A stretch of 64,000 nt of DNA. Source: an uncultured delta proteobacterium. Lineage in GTDB: Bacteria > Myxococcota_A > Polyangia > Palsa-1104. A program made the position numbers and the translations under genes. The notes beneath the pieces are model-generated. The model had not been told where the DNA came from. It made no database searches and saw only the letters and a list, made by a program, of their open reading frames with translations. The stretch covers positions 96,001 through 160,000 of the forward strand of contig CAWAWS010000007.1 of the NCBI GenBank assembly GCA_963785725.1. The letters are read 5' to 3'. Positions 31,461 through 41,034 of the stretch are shown one piece after another; position 1 is the stretch's first letter, and every line of letters begins with the position of its first letter.

Positions 31461-33419
31461 TTATCGCCGGCGCCGCTGCCGTCGCAGCTCGAGCGAAAAT
31501 GCCAGCGCCACCGCGGCCGCCAGCAGCCACAATCCATAGCGCGCGAGGTCGTGCCAGCGCGTCGTCGTCGTCAGCGGCACGGCTTCGAGCGACAGCTCGG
31601 CCAGGCTCAGCTCCGCCGACGACGGCAAGGGCAGCGACAGCGACGACAATTCGCCGCGCCCGCCGCTCGTCACCAAAGGCACGATGCCGTGCGGACCGCG
31701 CAGCCAGGCGCGCAAGACGCGCGACTGCAGCCGCCGCCGCAGCGCCGAGAGGTCGATCTCGTCGGCGATGGCGATGGCGCCGCCGCCGGCGCGGGCGCGA
31801 TAGAGCGGCAACACCGGCGCGCCGGCGTCGATGACGAGCTTGTCGCCGACGATGTCGACGCGCGTCTCGCGGCCGGCAATCGGCGACAGCGCGCGCGCGC
31901 CGGCCGGCAAACGCAACAGCGACGACGTCTTCGGCCCGTCCACCTGGAACAGCTCGACCACTTCGTGCTTGCCCGACGTGAACACCAGCTCGCTCGACGC
32001 CATGTCCTTCATCGTGTTGGCGTCGGTGCCGATGGCCGCGCGCAGCATCGGCATCGTCGCGATGCCGTCGGCGCGCATTTGCAGCGCGCGCGCCTCGGAG
32101 TCGAGCAGCGCGCCCAGCTTCTCGGCCTCGGTCTGCAGCGTCGTCGTCGCGTCGCCGTCGACGCCGCGCGCGCCCGGAATCAGCGCGCCGCCGGCCACGA
32201 GCAAGAGCACGGCGCCGACCGACATGCCGAGCCGCGCCGGCGACCACAGCGCCGTCTCCCCGGTCGTCGCATGTTGGGCGCGCGAGGCCAGCGACACCTG
32301 CAGGCTCGTCTCCGGCTGTCCTTGCTCGATGACCAAGGAGCCGGTCGTTGTCGGGGTCGGCGTCGGCGTCGCGTGCGAGACCGGCGTCACCGACGGCAAG
32401 CTCGGCGGCCGATCGAGCAGATGCTGGCCCAAGTCTTTGCCGTGCCTGAGCGCCTCTTGCCACGCCTCGACGTGCCCTTCGAACAGCCGCGCCATCAGCC
32501 GCTCGATGCTCACCGACGACAGCGCCAGCCGCTGCTCGCGCGCGAACGCCTCCAAGTCGAGCTGCATCTCTTGCGCGGTCGCATAGCGCGCGTCGGCGTC
32601 GCGGCTGAGCGCCTTGAGAATGATGCGCTCGAGCTCCGGCGGATAATCGGGCCGCAGCTGCGAAGGCGGCGTCACGCGCCCTTCGGTGAGCTGCTTGACG
32701 ACCTCCATATCACTGTCGCCGCGGAACAGCTTATTGAGCGTCGTCAATTCATAGAGGACGATTGCAATGGCGAAGATGTCACTGCGTCTATCGATAGGCC
32801 GGCATTGGCACTGCTCCGGCGACATATACGAGATCTTGCCCTTCAAGACACCGTGCGCCGTTTGCTGCGAGCGATTGGTCGCCTTGGCGACGCCGAAGTC
32901 ACACACTTTGACCGCGCCGTCGTAGCTGACGAGCACATTCGATGGCGACACGTCGCGATGAATGATGCCCAGGCTCTCGCCCTTGTAATTGCGCTTTTCG
33001 TGCGCGTAATGCAGCGCCGCGCAGACGCCGACGCCAATCTGCACCGCGTCCGCTAAGGGCAACGTCTCCTTCTTGTTGACGAGCGTGCGCATGATCTTGC
33101 GTAAGTCGACGCCATGCACGTACTCCATGGCGAAGAAGTAGCTGTCATTGACCATGCCGACGTCATAGACCTGCGCGATATGCGGATGCTCGAGCGCCGC
33201 CGCCAAGCGTGCTTCATGCAAGAACAGCTCGGTGATCTCATGATCGCCCAACAAATCTTCACGAATGCGCTTGATGACGACGATCTTCTCGAAACCGACA
33301 ATCCCCGTCGCCCGTGCGAGAAAGAGGTCGGCCATGCCGCCCGACGCCAGATGGCGCAGGACCGTATATTTCCCGAACTGATCGGGCATGGCTGAATGGC
33401 TGGCGATCATTCCACTCAT
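31461..33419 (-). CDS. Hanks-type Ser/Thr kinase with two TMs flanking an extracytoplasmic (Cache-like) domain (start may be 33389)
   Basis: LASGGMA, VVIKR, HRDVSPSN, DFG, YMSPEQ; TM1 VGAVLLLVAGGALI; TM2 YGLWLLAAAVALAF followed by RRQRRRR. Confidence 0.9.
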   Translation of the reverse strand: MSGMIASHSAMPDQFGKYTVLRHLASGGMADLFLARATGIVGFEKIVVIKRIREDLLGDHEITELFLHEARLAAALEHPHIAQVYDVGMVNDSYFFAMEYVHGVDLRKIMRTLVNKKETLPLADAVQIGVGVCAALHYAHEKRNYKGESLGIIHRDVSPSNVLVSYDGAVKVCDFGVAKATNRSQQTAHGVLKGKISYMSPEQCQCRPIDRRSDIFAIAIVLYELTTLNKLFRGDSDMEVVKQLTEGRVTPPSQLRPDYPPELERIILKALSRDADARYATAQEMQLDLEAFAREQRLALSSVSIERLMARLFEGHVEAWQEALRHGKDLGQHLLDRPPSLPSVTPVSHATPTPTPTTTGSLVIEQGQPETSLQVSLASRAQHATTGETALWSPARLGMSVGAVLLLVAGGALIPGARGVDGDATTTLQTEAEKLGALLDSEARALQMRADGIATMPMLRAAIGTDANTMKDMASSELVFTSGKHEVVELFQVDGPKTSSLLRLPAGARALSPIAGRETRVDIVGDKLVIDAGAPVLPLYRARAGGGAIAIADEIDLSALRRRLQSRVLRAWLRGPHGIVPLVTSGGRGELSSLSLPLPSSAELSLAELSLEAVPLTTTTRWHDLARYGLWLLAAAVALAFSLELRRQRRRR

Positions 33420-33706
33420 GATGGTTTAGCTTATGGCCTCGTTTGAATATCGGTCAACGCGTCGTTACGCTATTCAATCAAATTATTTTGAAACAGTTAA
33501 TTCGATATCACCCTACATTCTCCGACGGCAAATCACGCGCGATAGAAACCATTGCCCGGTTATCGAAGTCGCTCGCCTGAATTCGATTGCGCGATATTCG
33601 TTACCATTAGAATCGGTCGCCATATCGCCAGTTGGTGAGCCTGCTGACGTCGTTCTTTCGTCGCGATAACCCGATTCATTCGCGATCGATTCGCCGCCAA
33701 ACGCCG

Positions 33707-34231
33707 TCATTTGACCGCCGGGCGCGGCTCTTCTTCGCGCAAAACCGTCTGTCCCAATTGCTGCAATAACGGCAGATTCGTCGCCGTCAGATAACGCGCG
33801 CTCTGGCCGCTATCACAGCCGTGGACATGCCAATTCCACGGCGGAACATAGAGCGCGTCGCCGGCGCGCCACTCGATGCGCCGCCCTTCGACGATCGAAT
33901 GGCCCTCGCCTTCGAGGATATAGAGCAGCGATTCATAGGCGTGGCGGTGATTGTTCGTCTTCTGCTCGGACGCCAGCACACCAATGCTGAAGCTGACGCT
34001 GGCCGCCGGCAGATCGACGGCGAACACCGGGTGGCCGCGCGACGCCGAGAACGCCGCCGCCGGTATCGTCGCGCACACCTGTCGGTGAATGAGGCTCAAC
34101 CCCTCGCGATGTACGGGAATTGGCGTCAACGAGTCGCGATTGATCCCGGCCGCGACGAACGCCTGCGACCCGTCCGCCGAATCATTCGCCGCCTCATCGC
34201 CGGCGCCGCGATTGGCGCTCTCGCTCTTCAT
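33707..34231 (-). CDS. Cupin_2 domain protein
   Basis: HRHAYESLLYILEGEG and GDALYVPPWNWHVH cupin metal motifs; ATG 11 nt after the HDO stop. Confidence 0.85.
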   Translation of the reverse strand: MKSESANRGAGDEAANDSADGSQAFVAAGINRDSLTPIPVHREGLSLIHRQVCATIPAAAFSASRGHPVFAVDLPAASVSFSIGVLASEQKTNNHRHAYESLLYILEGEGHSIVEGRRIEWRAGDALYVPPWNWHVHGCDSGQSARYLTATNLPLLQQLGQTVLREEEPRPAVK

Positions 34232-34242
34232 GGCCACGCGGC

Positions 34243-35100
34243 TCACGAGCGCCGCTCCGTCGCCGGCGTCGTGGCCGGCACCGACGCCAAGCTCGGCGCC
34301 GACACGAGCGACGGCGACGGCGCCATCGCCAGCGCCCGCAGCGTCATTTGATCGTAAAACGCCGCGCGCAGCTGCAGCGCCATCAGCATCCCGTAGCGCA
34401 GCTTGATGCGCTCGGTCGGCTCCTTCGCCAGATCGACGGCGATCTGGGCCAAGCTGGCGCCGTGCGCGTCGTCGATGCCGACGTGCAGGTCGAAGAACAC
34501 GCGCTCTTGCCGCGACACCGGCACATAACGCTCGATCGCCGCCAACACCGGCGCGTACACGTGGCGCACGATGAGCTCGGTGCCGAGCCCGAGCGCGCCC
34601 ACCGACTGCGCCGCGCCCTGCCGACAACACTGCAGGAACATCATGCCCCACACCGTCGCCTCGTCGCAGAACGGGTGCTCGGCCAGCCAGGCGTCGTCCA
34701 TGCCCGCGGCCGTCAAGAAGCGGCGATAGAGCAGCGGATGGGGAATGCGATCGACCCACTCGAGCGCGATGTTCATCGCCGCCAGCTCGCGCGCCTCGTC
34801 GTCGCCGATGACGCCGCTCTCTTCCGCCAGATTCGACAGCAGCAGCTTGCGATGGTTGGGCTCTTCCAAATGCGAGATCGTCGCCGTCAAATAGCGGGGA
34901 AAGTTGGCGCTATAGGCCATGTATTGATGCGTCAGGTCGAGAACGGCGCCGCGCGGATCGGGAAAAACTCCATTCTCGAGCGAACGTAAATAAGGGTGAT
35001 TCACGGCCCGATGCGCGCGCGCTTCGGCTTCGAGCGCGGCCACGAAAGCCTGCTCCGGGTCGCGCATCTCCGACGGCAACGAGAGAGTCTGATTCACCAT
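34243..35100 (-). CDS. Heme-oxygenase-like diiron enzyme (iron-containing redox enzyme / CADD-PqqC-TenA fold)
   Basis: HPYL, NLAEESG, HPLLY.RF, GALGLGTE, FFDLHVGIDDAH match the E/H/E/HxxxDxxH diiron pattern. Confidence 0.82.
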   Translation of the reverse strand: MVNQTLSLPSEMRDPEQAFVAALEAEARAHRAVNHPYLRSLENGVFPDPRGAVLDLTHQYMAYSANFPRYLTATISHLEEPNHRKLLLSNLAEESGVIGDDEARELAAMNIALEWVDRIPHPLLYRRFLTAAGMDDAWLAEHPFCDEATVWGMMFLQCCRQGAAQSVGALGLGTELIVRHVYAPVLAAIERYVPVSRQERVFFDLHVGIDDAHGASLAQIAVDLAKEPTERIKLRYGMLMALQLRAAFYDQMTLRALAMAPSPSLVSAPSLASVPATTPATERRS

Positions 35101-35518
35101 CCGCGTCCTCCAACGGTGGGCGACTGAGCCCCCACGTCAGCATTCGCAGATGCGAAACAATCGATCAATAGGCTTGGTTATATGGAGTTAACGATACATT
35201 AGATAACCCGCGCCTATTGCACTGCCGCGTATGCCACTGTCATTCTTTAAAACCAATATTCGGATTGTGGCGATAAACACGAATGATTATTGGGGCGCGC
35301 TCTCGTTGGCCGCGATCGGGCCGCGGCGATTGGACATGGCGCGCCCATGCGGCAGATTGTCGCAGCGAGCAACGACGAGTGGGATAAGGGGAAAGCGTAC
35401 GTAGCTTGCGGGGTGAGCGGCGCCTTCGGAGGCGCGTCCTCACGACCTGTCATTCGAGCGCGCACCGCGCGCATCGGCCGGGAGTCCGCCGCGGGAGCCT
35501 CGTTGAATTCAGTCCAAT

Positions 35519-35536
35519 GAGGGCGCTTGCGCCCTC
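35519..35536 (-). terminator. Possible hairpin terminator after gene 36075->35566
   Basis: Perfect inverted repeat GAGGGCGC-TT-GCGCCCTC; weak U-tract. Confidence 0.35.
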
Positions 35537-35565
35537 TCGGTCGATGCTAAATCAGCGTCGCTGAC

Positions 35566-36075
35566 TTAGAAATGCGAGCAGGTGGCGAGGTAGCAGCTCT
35601 GATCGCCGCCCGATTCCGAGTAGCAGCGGTCGAGCGCGTCGTCTTCCACCGACGTCATGCCGTCATTGCCGAAGCCGGCGTAGGTCGCCTGCGTGACCGG
35701 ATACTGGTCACCGTACGAATCCTCGGCGATGCAGCTGACGTTGTGGATCGACGCCCAATCCCAGTAATACGCCGGGCGGACGAACTCGGGATGTGACCAG
35801 TGCTTCCACTCGCGATGGCCGCCGCGAACGACGACGCGCGGCGCGAGCACGCGCACCGGGTGCGAATGGTACTGCGCGCCGCGCGGATGCGCGCCGGGCG
35901 GATGCGGCTGGAACTTCGGCGGCGCCGGCCGCACGACCACCGGCGGATGCCCGCCACCTTCGTGCCCGCCGGCGGGATGACCGCCGCCCTCATGCTCGTG
36001 CTGCGCATAGGCGACCGAGTAGACGTTCAACGAAGCAACCAACAACCCGATGGTCAGCGACCCTCTCAATTTCAT
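35566..36075 (-). CDS. Secreted hypothetical protein (His/Gly/Pro-rich N-terminus, 4-Cys C-terminal domain)
   Basis: Signal peptide ending AYA; HEGGGH repeats; CIAED...C...C...C; GGAGG SD. Confidence 0.75.
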   Translation of the reverse strand: MKLRGSLTIGLLVASLNVYSVAYAQHEHEGGGHPAGGHEGGGHPPVVVRPAPPKFQPHPPGAHPRGAQYHSHPVRVLAPRVVVRGGHREWKHWSHPEFVRPAYYWDWASIHNVSCIAEDSYGDQYPVTQATYAGFGNDGMTSVEDDALDRCYSESGGDQSCYLATCSHF

Positions 36076-36242
36076 GCGCGATCCTCCACTTACGGTTGGA
36101 TTCCGTGTCGAATAGGAAATCAGAATCAGGTGGAGGGTCTAGTTCTTTTTGGAACGGTTGCAACCGCTGCACGGTCGATGCCCCGACCGCGCAAGCAGCC
36201 GGCGGCGCAACGCGACGCGGAAATCGTGCGGCGAAATCGTGG

Positions 36243-36695
36243 CTACTGCGCGAACTCGGCGTCGCCGTCGATGAAGAACGTGCCCGGCGCCGCCGGCGTG
36301 CCGGCCCCGGTCATCGCCATGTGCTTGATCGTGACTTGCACCGGGCTCACCACCGTCTTGAACGTGACCGTGCCCGCCGTGTCGCCGTCCGGGATCGTCG
36401 AGCCCCAGGCCGTGCCGTCGGGCAGCGTGTAGTTGACCTGCAAGAAGTGCTCGTCGACGGCGATCGTGATCGGATCCGTCGGATCGTCGCACATGATCAG
36501 CAGATCGCCGTCGATGGTGTGCGACTCGAGCGTGATCATGCCGTCGGCGAGCGTCACCTTGCCCTCCGACGAGGCGAAGCCGGTGCCGAGCGTGGCCGGC
36601 GTGCCCGTCGCCTGCGAGAATTGCACCGAGACGGGCGGAGTCGAGCTGCCGCCGCAGCCGGCTCCTAGAAGCGCGCACATGAGCAGGATTCGCAT
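36243..36695 (-). CDS. Hypothetical lipoprotein
   Basis: LLGAGC lipobox; beta-rich composition. Confidence 0.75.
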   Translation of the reverse strand: MRILLMCALLGAGCGGSSTPPVSVQFSQATGTPATLGTGFASSEGKVTLADGMITLESHTIDGDLLIMCDDPTDPITIAVDEHFLQVNYTLPDGTAWGSTIPDGDTAGTVTFKTVVSPVQVTIKHMAMTGAGTPAAPGTFFIDGDAEFAQ

Positions 36696-36804
36696 GCGGT
36701 CATCTTACCGGCTTTGCCCGCGGCTGGGAATGCCGCGTCGTCAGCGACGGCGAGCCGCCGATTCGTGACTCATTTGGCGTTCGTAGCGAGGCGTACCGCG
36801 TGCG

Positions 36805-38145
36805 CTACGGCCGGCGGAGCTGCCGGCGCCGGCGCACGAACGCCAGGCCGGCGACGAGCGGCAGCAGAAACAGAAAGTCGCGCGCGTCCGCCGATGCCGT
36901 CGCGAAGCTGCAGCCATGCTTCTTCGTCGTCACCGGCTTCGTCCCGCCCGCCGGGATCCCGAACGTCACCTGCAGCGCCTCCCACGGCACGCCGCACGTC
37001 GACGCCACCGTGTCACAGGTCAGCGGCCCTTGAATGTCGACATATTGCAGCAGCTTCGTGAACGTCTTGCCGCCGTCGGTGGACTGGCCGACCGCGAACC
37101 CGTCGGCGAAGTTGTCGGCGACCGCGTAAAGCGTGCCGGCGCGCTCGCCGAGGCCGCGCAAGTGCGGCGCGTTGGCCCACGTCGTCCACGTCGCGCCGCC
37201 GTCGGTCGAGCGATAGGCGACGCCGGCCGTGCTGCTCGAATAGGGCGCCTGCGCGTTGTTGCCGCAGCTCGGCGAGCCGGCCGTGTTCAGCGTGAGGCCG
37301 GCCAAGAGCAGCGTCCCGTCCGCTTCCTGCAGGAACGTCGACATGACGTAGCCCGACGGCAGCGCCTGCGCCACGTGCGTCGTCATGCCGCCGTCGCTGG
37401 TGATGACCAAGCTCTCGCCGCTCGCGCCCTTCGAGCGAAAGTAGACCTTTTGCGGATTGGTGGCGTCGACGGCGGCGATGCTGAGCGCGCCCATCGCGGC
37501 GTCCTGCACGTAGGGCGTGAACACCGTGCCGCCGTCGCTGGCGTGCAAGATCGTCGTCGATCCGGTCGCGCTCGTCACCTGCGTGAGGTAGACGTTCATC
37601 GGATCGCTCTTGGCGATCTCGACGCCGCTGAGCGTCGAGTCGGCCGGCGTCGTGTAGATGGCGTCGCCGAAGCTCATCCCGGCGTCGCTCGAGCCGACGA
37701 GCTCGTACAGCGTGGCGCCGCCGTCGGCCGTCGTCGTCGTGAGCGCGAACATGCGCGACGCGTTCGTCGGATCGATGAAGGCGTCGACGACGTTGCGGCT
37801 CGTGAGCCCATTGGCGCCGTTGTACTGACAGGCGTCGGCGCCGAGCGAGACGAGGCCGGTCGTGCTGACGGCGAAGATGGCGTCCGACGGCGCCGGCGCC
37901 ATCTGATACAGCGTCGCGCACATCGCGATCTCCTGCTCACACACCCACTGCCACGTCTTGCCGGCGTCCTGCGACATGAGGAGGCCGAAGTTGGTGCCGA
38001 CGACGATCTCGTTCGGCTTGTCCGACGGCAACAGCACCTGCGACGAGTCGGGGAACGCGCCGTCGGCCCGCGCCGTCGCCGCGCCGCCGACGACGAGCAC
38101 GCTGCACAACAGCGAAGCCAAGCCAAAGCGAAGCGAAGTCAGCAT
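36805..38145 (-). CDS. BNR/Asp-box beta-propeller surface protein with MYXO-CTERM-like tail
   Basis: Signal peptide ARA; repeated SxDxGxT(W/F) Asp-boxes; GCSF...LLPLVAGLAFVRRRR. Confidence 0.85.
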   Translation of the reverse strand: MLTSLRFGLASLLCSVLVVGGAATARADGAFPDSSQVLLPSDKPNEIVVGTNFGLLMSQDAGKTWQWVCEQEIAMCATLYQMAPAPSDAIFAVSTTGLVSLGADACQYNGANGLTSRNVVDAFIDPTNASRMFALTTTTADGGATLYELVGSSDAGMSFGDAIYTTPADSTLSGVEIAKSDPMNVYLTQVTSATGSTTILHASDGGTVFTPYVQDAAMGALSIAAVDATNPQKVYFRSKGASGESLVITSDGGMTTHVAQALPSGYVMSTFLQEADGTLLLAGLTLNTAGSPSCGNNAQAPYSSSTAGVAYRSTDGGATWTTWANAPHLRGLGERAGTLYAVADNFADGFAVGQSTDGGKTFTKLLQYVDIQGPLTCDTVASTCGVPWEALQVTFGIPAGGTKPVTTKKHGCSFATASADARDFLFLLPLVAGLAFVRRRRQLRRP

Positions 38146-38288
38146 CCCGACATTGTTACGCCAAAACGGCCGCAACGCTAAGCCGCGCAAAACGTCGAAG
38201 AGCGCGGTAACGACTCGGTCGTCCCGCGCTCCCCGTATTCAATTGTCGATTCTGTTGTAGGGCTGGATGTGCGACGAGGAAGGTGAGG

Positions 38289-38564
38289 TTAGGCGTCGGA
38301 GATGCTGCTGGAGATTTCGCGCTGCTCCGCCTTGCCTGCCTCGAACGCACGCGTGACTGCAGCGACGACCTCGTCGAGCTTGGCGCCTGCGCGCGCCGCG
38401 CCCTGACCGAGGGAAAGAGCCAATGCACCGAGCCCAACGGCTGGATTGCCCTGGCTGGCCATGATCGTGGTTTTGATGAGCACTTGCGAGACGGCCTCGA
38501 CCTGCCGCGTCACGGCAGCGACGGGCGACTCGTTCGTGCGGTCTTCGAACTCGATTGCCGACAT
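38289..38564 (-). CDS. Small hypothetical helical protein
   Basis: 91 aa MSAIEFED..., amphipathic. Confidence 0.55.
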   Translation of the reverse strand: MSAIEFEDRTNESPVAAVTRQVEAVSQVLIKTTIMASQGNPAVGLGALALSLGQGAARAGAKLDEVVAAVTRAFEAGKAEQREISSSISDA

Positions 38565-38628
38565 GAAGAGAAGGTGGGCATCGACGGGGGCCGGCGCAAG
38601 GGCGCGTGACGATTGTTCGTCGGGCGAG

Positions 38629-39246
38629 TTACGGCTTGCTGGCGGGCTTGGCCGGCGCGGCGCTCGCGGTCGGCGCTGCCGTCGCGGTCGACGCTGCCGT
38701 CGCGGTCGGCGCTGCCGTCGCAGTTGCAGCCGCCGCCGGCGCGGCCGGCGCGCCAGCTGCCGGGGCCGCTTCGACCGTCGCCGGCTCCGGCGCCTGCTTG
38801 AGCGACTGCCCGTTCGTATGCTTCGCGAAATAGTCCTCGATCGCCGGCCGCGCCCAGGTCGGCTTCTCGGCGTCCTGCCACAGCCCGGCGACGGCCGTGC
38901 GCTGCGCCGCCGGCTCCTTGCCGTCCTTCCACAGCTTGTCGAGATAGCGCGCCAGGTCCTGCTTGGGATTCTCGGCCCAACGCAAGCTGCCCAAGAACGA
39001 CTCGTTCGCCGTCGGAAAGCGAATCTTCGGCATCGGCGCTTGCGGCGCATTGGCGCGCGCCGCTTCGATCGGCCCTTGCCACTGCCGCGCGTTCATGGCG
39101 CGCTCGCGCTCTTCCTGCGTCGCTTGCGGGTTCGGCTGGCCGGGCTGCCCGCCGCCCGGACGCTGACCGCCGGCGCGCTGTTGCGCCCAAGCCGGCGTGG
39201 CGGCGAGCGTCGCGAAAACCAGGAAAACGACCGAGATGTGCTGCAT
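38629..39246 (-). CDS. Secreted hypothetical protein with Ala/Thr/Pro-rich tail
   Basis: Signal peptide ending AWA; TATAAP repeats; TAGAAT 7 nt upstream of the ATG. Confidence 0.7.
   Translation of the reverse strand: MQHISVVFLVFATLAATPAWAQQRAGGQRPGGGQPGQPNPQATQEERERAMNARQWQGPIEAARANAPQAPMPKIRFPTANESFLGSLRWAENPKQDLARYLDKLWKDGKEPAAQRTAVAGLWQDAEKPTWARPAIEDYFAKHTNGQSLKQAPEPATVEAAPAAGAPAAPAAAATATAAPTATAASTATAAPTASAAPAKPASKP
38664..38721. repeat. 18-bp tandem repeat x3 encoding TAA(P/S)TA
   Basis: tcgcggtcggcgctgccg / tcgcggtcgacgctgccg / tcgcggtcggcgctgccg. Confidence 0.85.
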
Positions 39247-39302
39247 GGCCGGCATTCTACTAGGAGCCGGGCCATTCGGCACCAGCCGAAGCGACGTGAC
39301 GG

Positions 39303-39956
39303 TCATCGCCAACCGACGCAGCGAAAGTCGCCAAAGACCGAGCGCAGCTTGTCGCCGAGCAGCTGATTGGCCTCGTCGACGCTCTGCCCGGTGTAATGCA
39401 GCCCAATCTGCGCCACGCTGGCATGCGCCGTCAGCGAGTAGAAATAGAGCGACAAGTCGAGTCCCGGGTCGTCGTCGCCGTCGCTGACGTGCTTCTTGGC
39501 GATCATCTCGTGGTAGCCGCGCCCCGAATGCTGCCCGGCCAGCGACGAATAGCGCTGCTTCGGCTGTTTCACCCGCGGCGCATGCTTGTTCGGCAGCTGC
39601 CCGGCGCTGTAGACGACCATGATGAGCCCGCCCTCCGCGCGCGGCTCGAGCGACCGCAACAGCTCGTCACCGACGCCGTCCTCGCGCGACTGCTGGTCGA
39701 GGCGATCGTAGAGCGCGGCGTCGCGCGTCTGCAGCGCGTCGACGAACAGCGGCTGGCAGCCGTCGCCGAGCGGCTTGAGCGACGGCTGCAGCGTGCGCCA
39801 ATAGTCGTCGTCGAGCCGCCCGTTCTTGAGCGCGCCCACGATCGACACCGTCTGCCGCGTCGGTGGCAGCGACGGCGAAATCTCGACCAGGAAGCGGCTG
39901 TCGAACGACGCGCACGACGCCGCCAGCATCGCCATCGCCGCCCACGACACGCGCAT
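39303..39956 (-). CDS. Hypothetical lipoprotein (start uncertain)
   Basis: MAMLAASC lipobox; plausible globular composition. Confidence 0.65.
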   Translation of the reverse strand: MRVSWAAMAMLAASCASFDSRFLVEISPSLPPTRQTVSIVGALKNGRLDDDYWRTLQPSLKPLGDGCQPLFVDALQTRDAALYDRLDQQSREDGVGDELLRSLEPRAEGGLIMVVYSAGQLPNKHAPRVKQPKQRYSSLAGQHSGRGYHEMIAKKHVSDGDDDPGLDLSLYFYSLTAHASVAQIGLHYTGQSVDEANQLLGDKLRSVFGDFRCVGWR

Positions 39957-40048
39957 GAATAGGAGAACAGACGGCCAAAGACGCATTCGCGTTGCCCATC
40001 CTAGCGACGGCGGCGGCAAGCGCAAATGCTACGGCTGCTTCGCCTTCA

Positions 40049-40995
40049 TCACGGCTGCAGCCACGGTTTACTGCGATAGCGGTCCCAGCTGTCGGGCAGG
40101 AGCGCGACCACCGGCCCGTCGAGGCCGCCGCGCGCCGCGACCCGCAGCGCCGCGACGACGGCCGTGCCCGCCGAGCCGCCGACGAGCAGCCCTTCGTCGA
40201 CGATGAGCCGGCGCGTCATGGCGAAGCTCTCGGCGTCGGACACGCGCTCGGCGGCGTCGACGACGCTGCCATCGAAGATGCCCGACGGGCGGCTGGCGCC
40301 GATGCCTTCGACCTCGTAGCTGCCGTCGCCGGCGAGCGTTCCCGTCTCGACCCAGGTTGCCAGCTGCGAGCCGACCGGATCGGCGAGCACGACGCGCGCC
40401 GACGGCTGCACGCGCCTCAAGAACTTGCCGACGCCGGTGATGGTGCCGCCGGTGCCGACGCCGCACACGAACGCGCCGATGCGTCCGCCGCACTGCGCGA
40501 GGATCTCGGGCCCGGTCGTCTCTTCGTGCACGCGCACGTTGGCTTGGTTGAAGAACTGGTCGGTCAAGAACCAGCCGTTCTCGGCCGCGAGGCGACGCGC
40601 AACCACTTGGAAGTTGTCGGGATGATCGGGCGGTGCGTTGGGCGTCATGACGACGCGCGCGCCGATCAGCGCCAGGGCCGACGCGCTTGTCGTGCGACAT
40701 CTTCTCCGGCAGCACGCAGACCAGCCGATAGCCGCGCACGGCCGCGACGAGGCCCAGCCCGATGCCGGTGTTGCCGGCGGTGGCCTCGACCAGCGTCGCG
40801 CCCGGCGCGATCACGCCGCGCCGCTCGGCGTCGTCGACGATGGCGACGGCGAGCCGATCTTTGACGCTGCCGCCGGGGTTGAGCTGCTCGCACTTGACGA
40901 GGACGGGCACGGGCAAGCCCGGCGCCGATCCGCCGCAACGGAACGAGCGGCGTGTGACCGATGCAGTCGAGGATGCTGGCCGGCGCCCGCGTCAT
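40049..40995 (-). CDS. PLP-dependent cysteine synthase / cystathionine beta-synthase family protein; two +1 frameshifts (about 40920 and 40680)
   Basis: [47 protein letters not shown] spread over three frames. Confidence 0.88.
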
Positions 40996-41034
40996 GCGGC
41001 GCACGATAGCAGGCCCGGCCGCGCGCTCGCTGCC

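Noticed and set aside
35101..35565. Short ORFs upstream of the HDO as RiPP precursor peptides
   Set aside because: No leader-like or repetitive core, no convincing start signals, overlapping contradictory frames.
36155..36166. Perfect palindrome CGGTTGCAACCG upstream of gene 36075
   Set aside because: Single copy; cannot be told from chance without comparative data.
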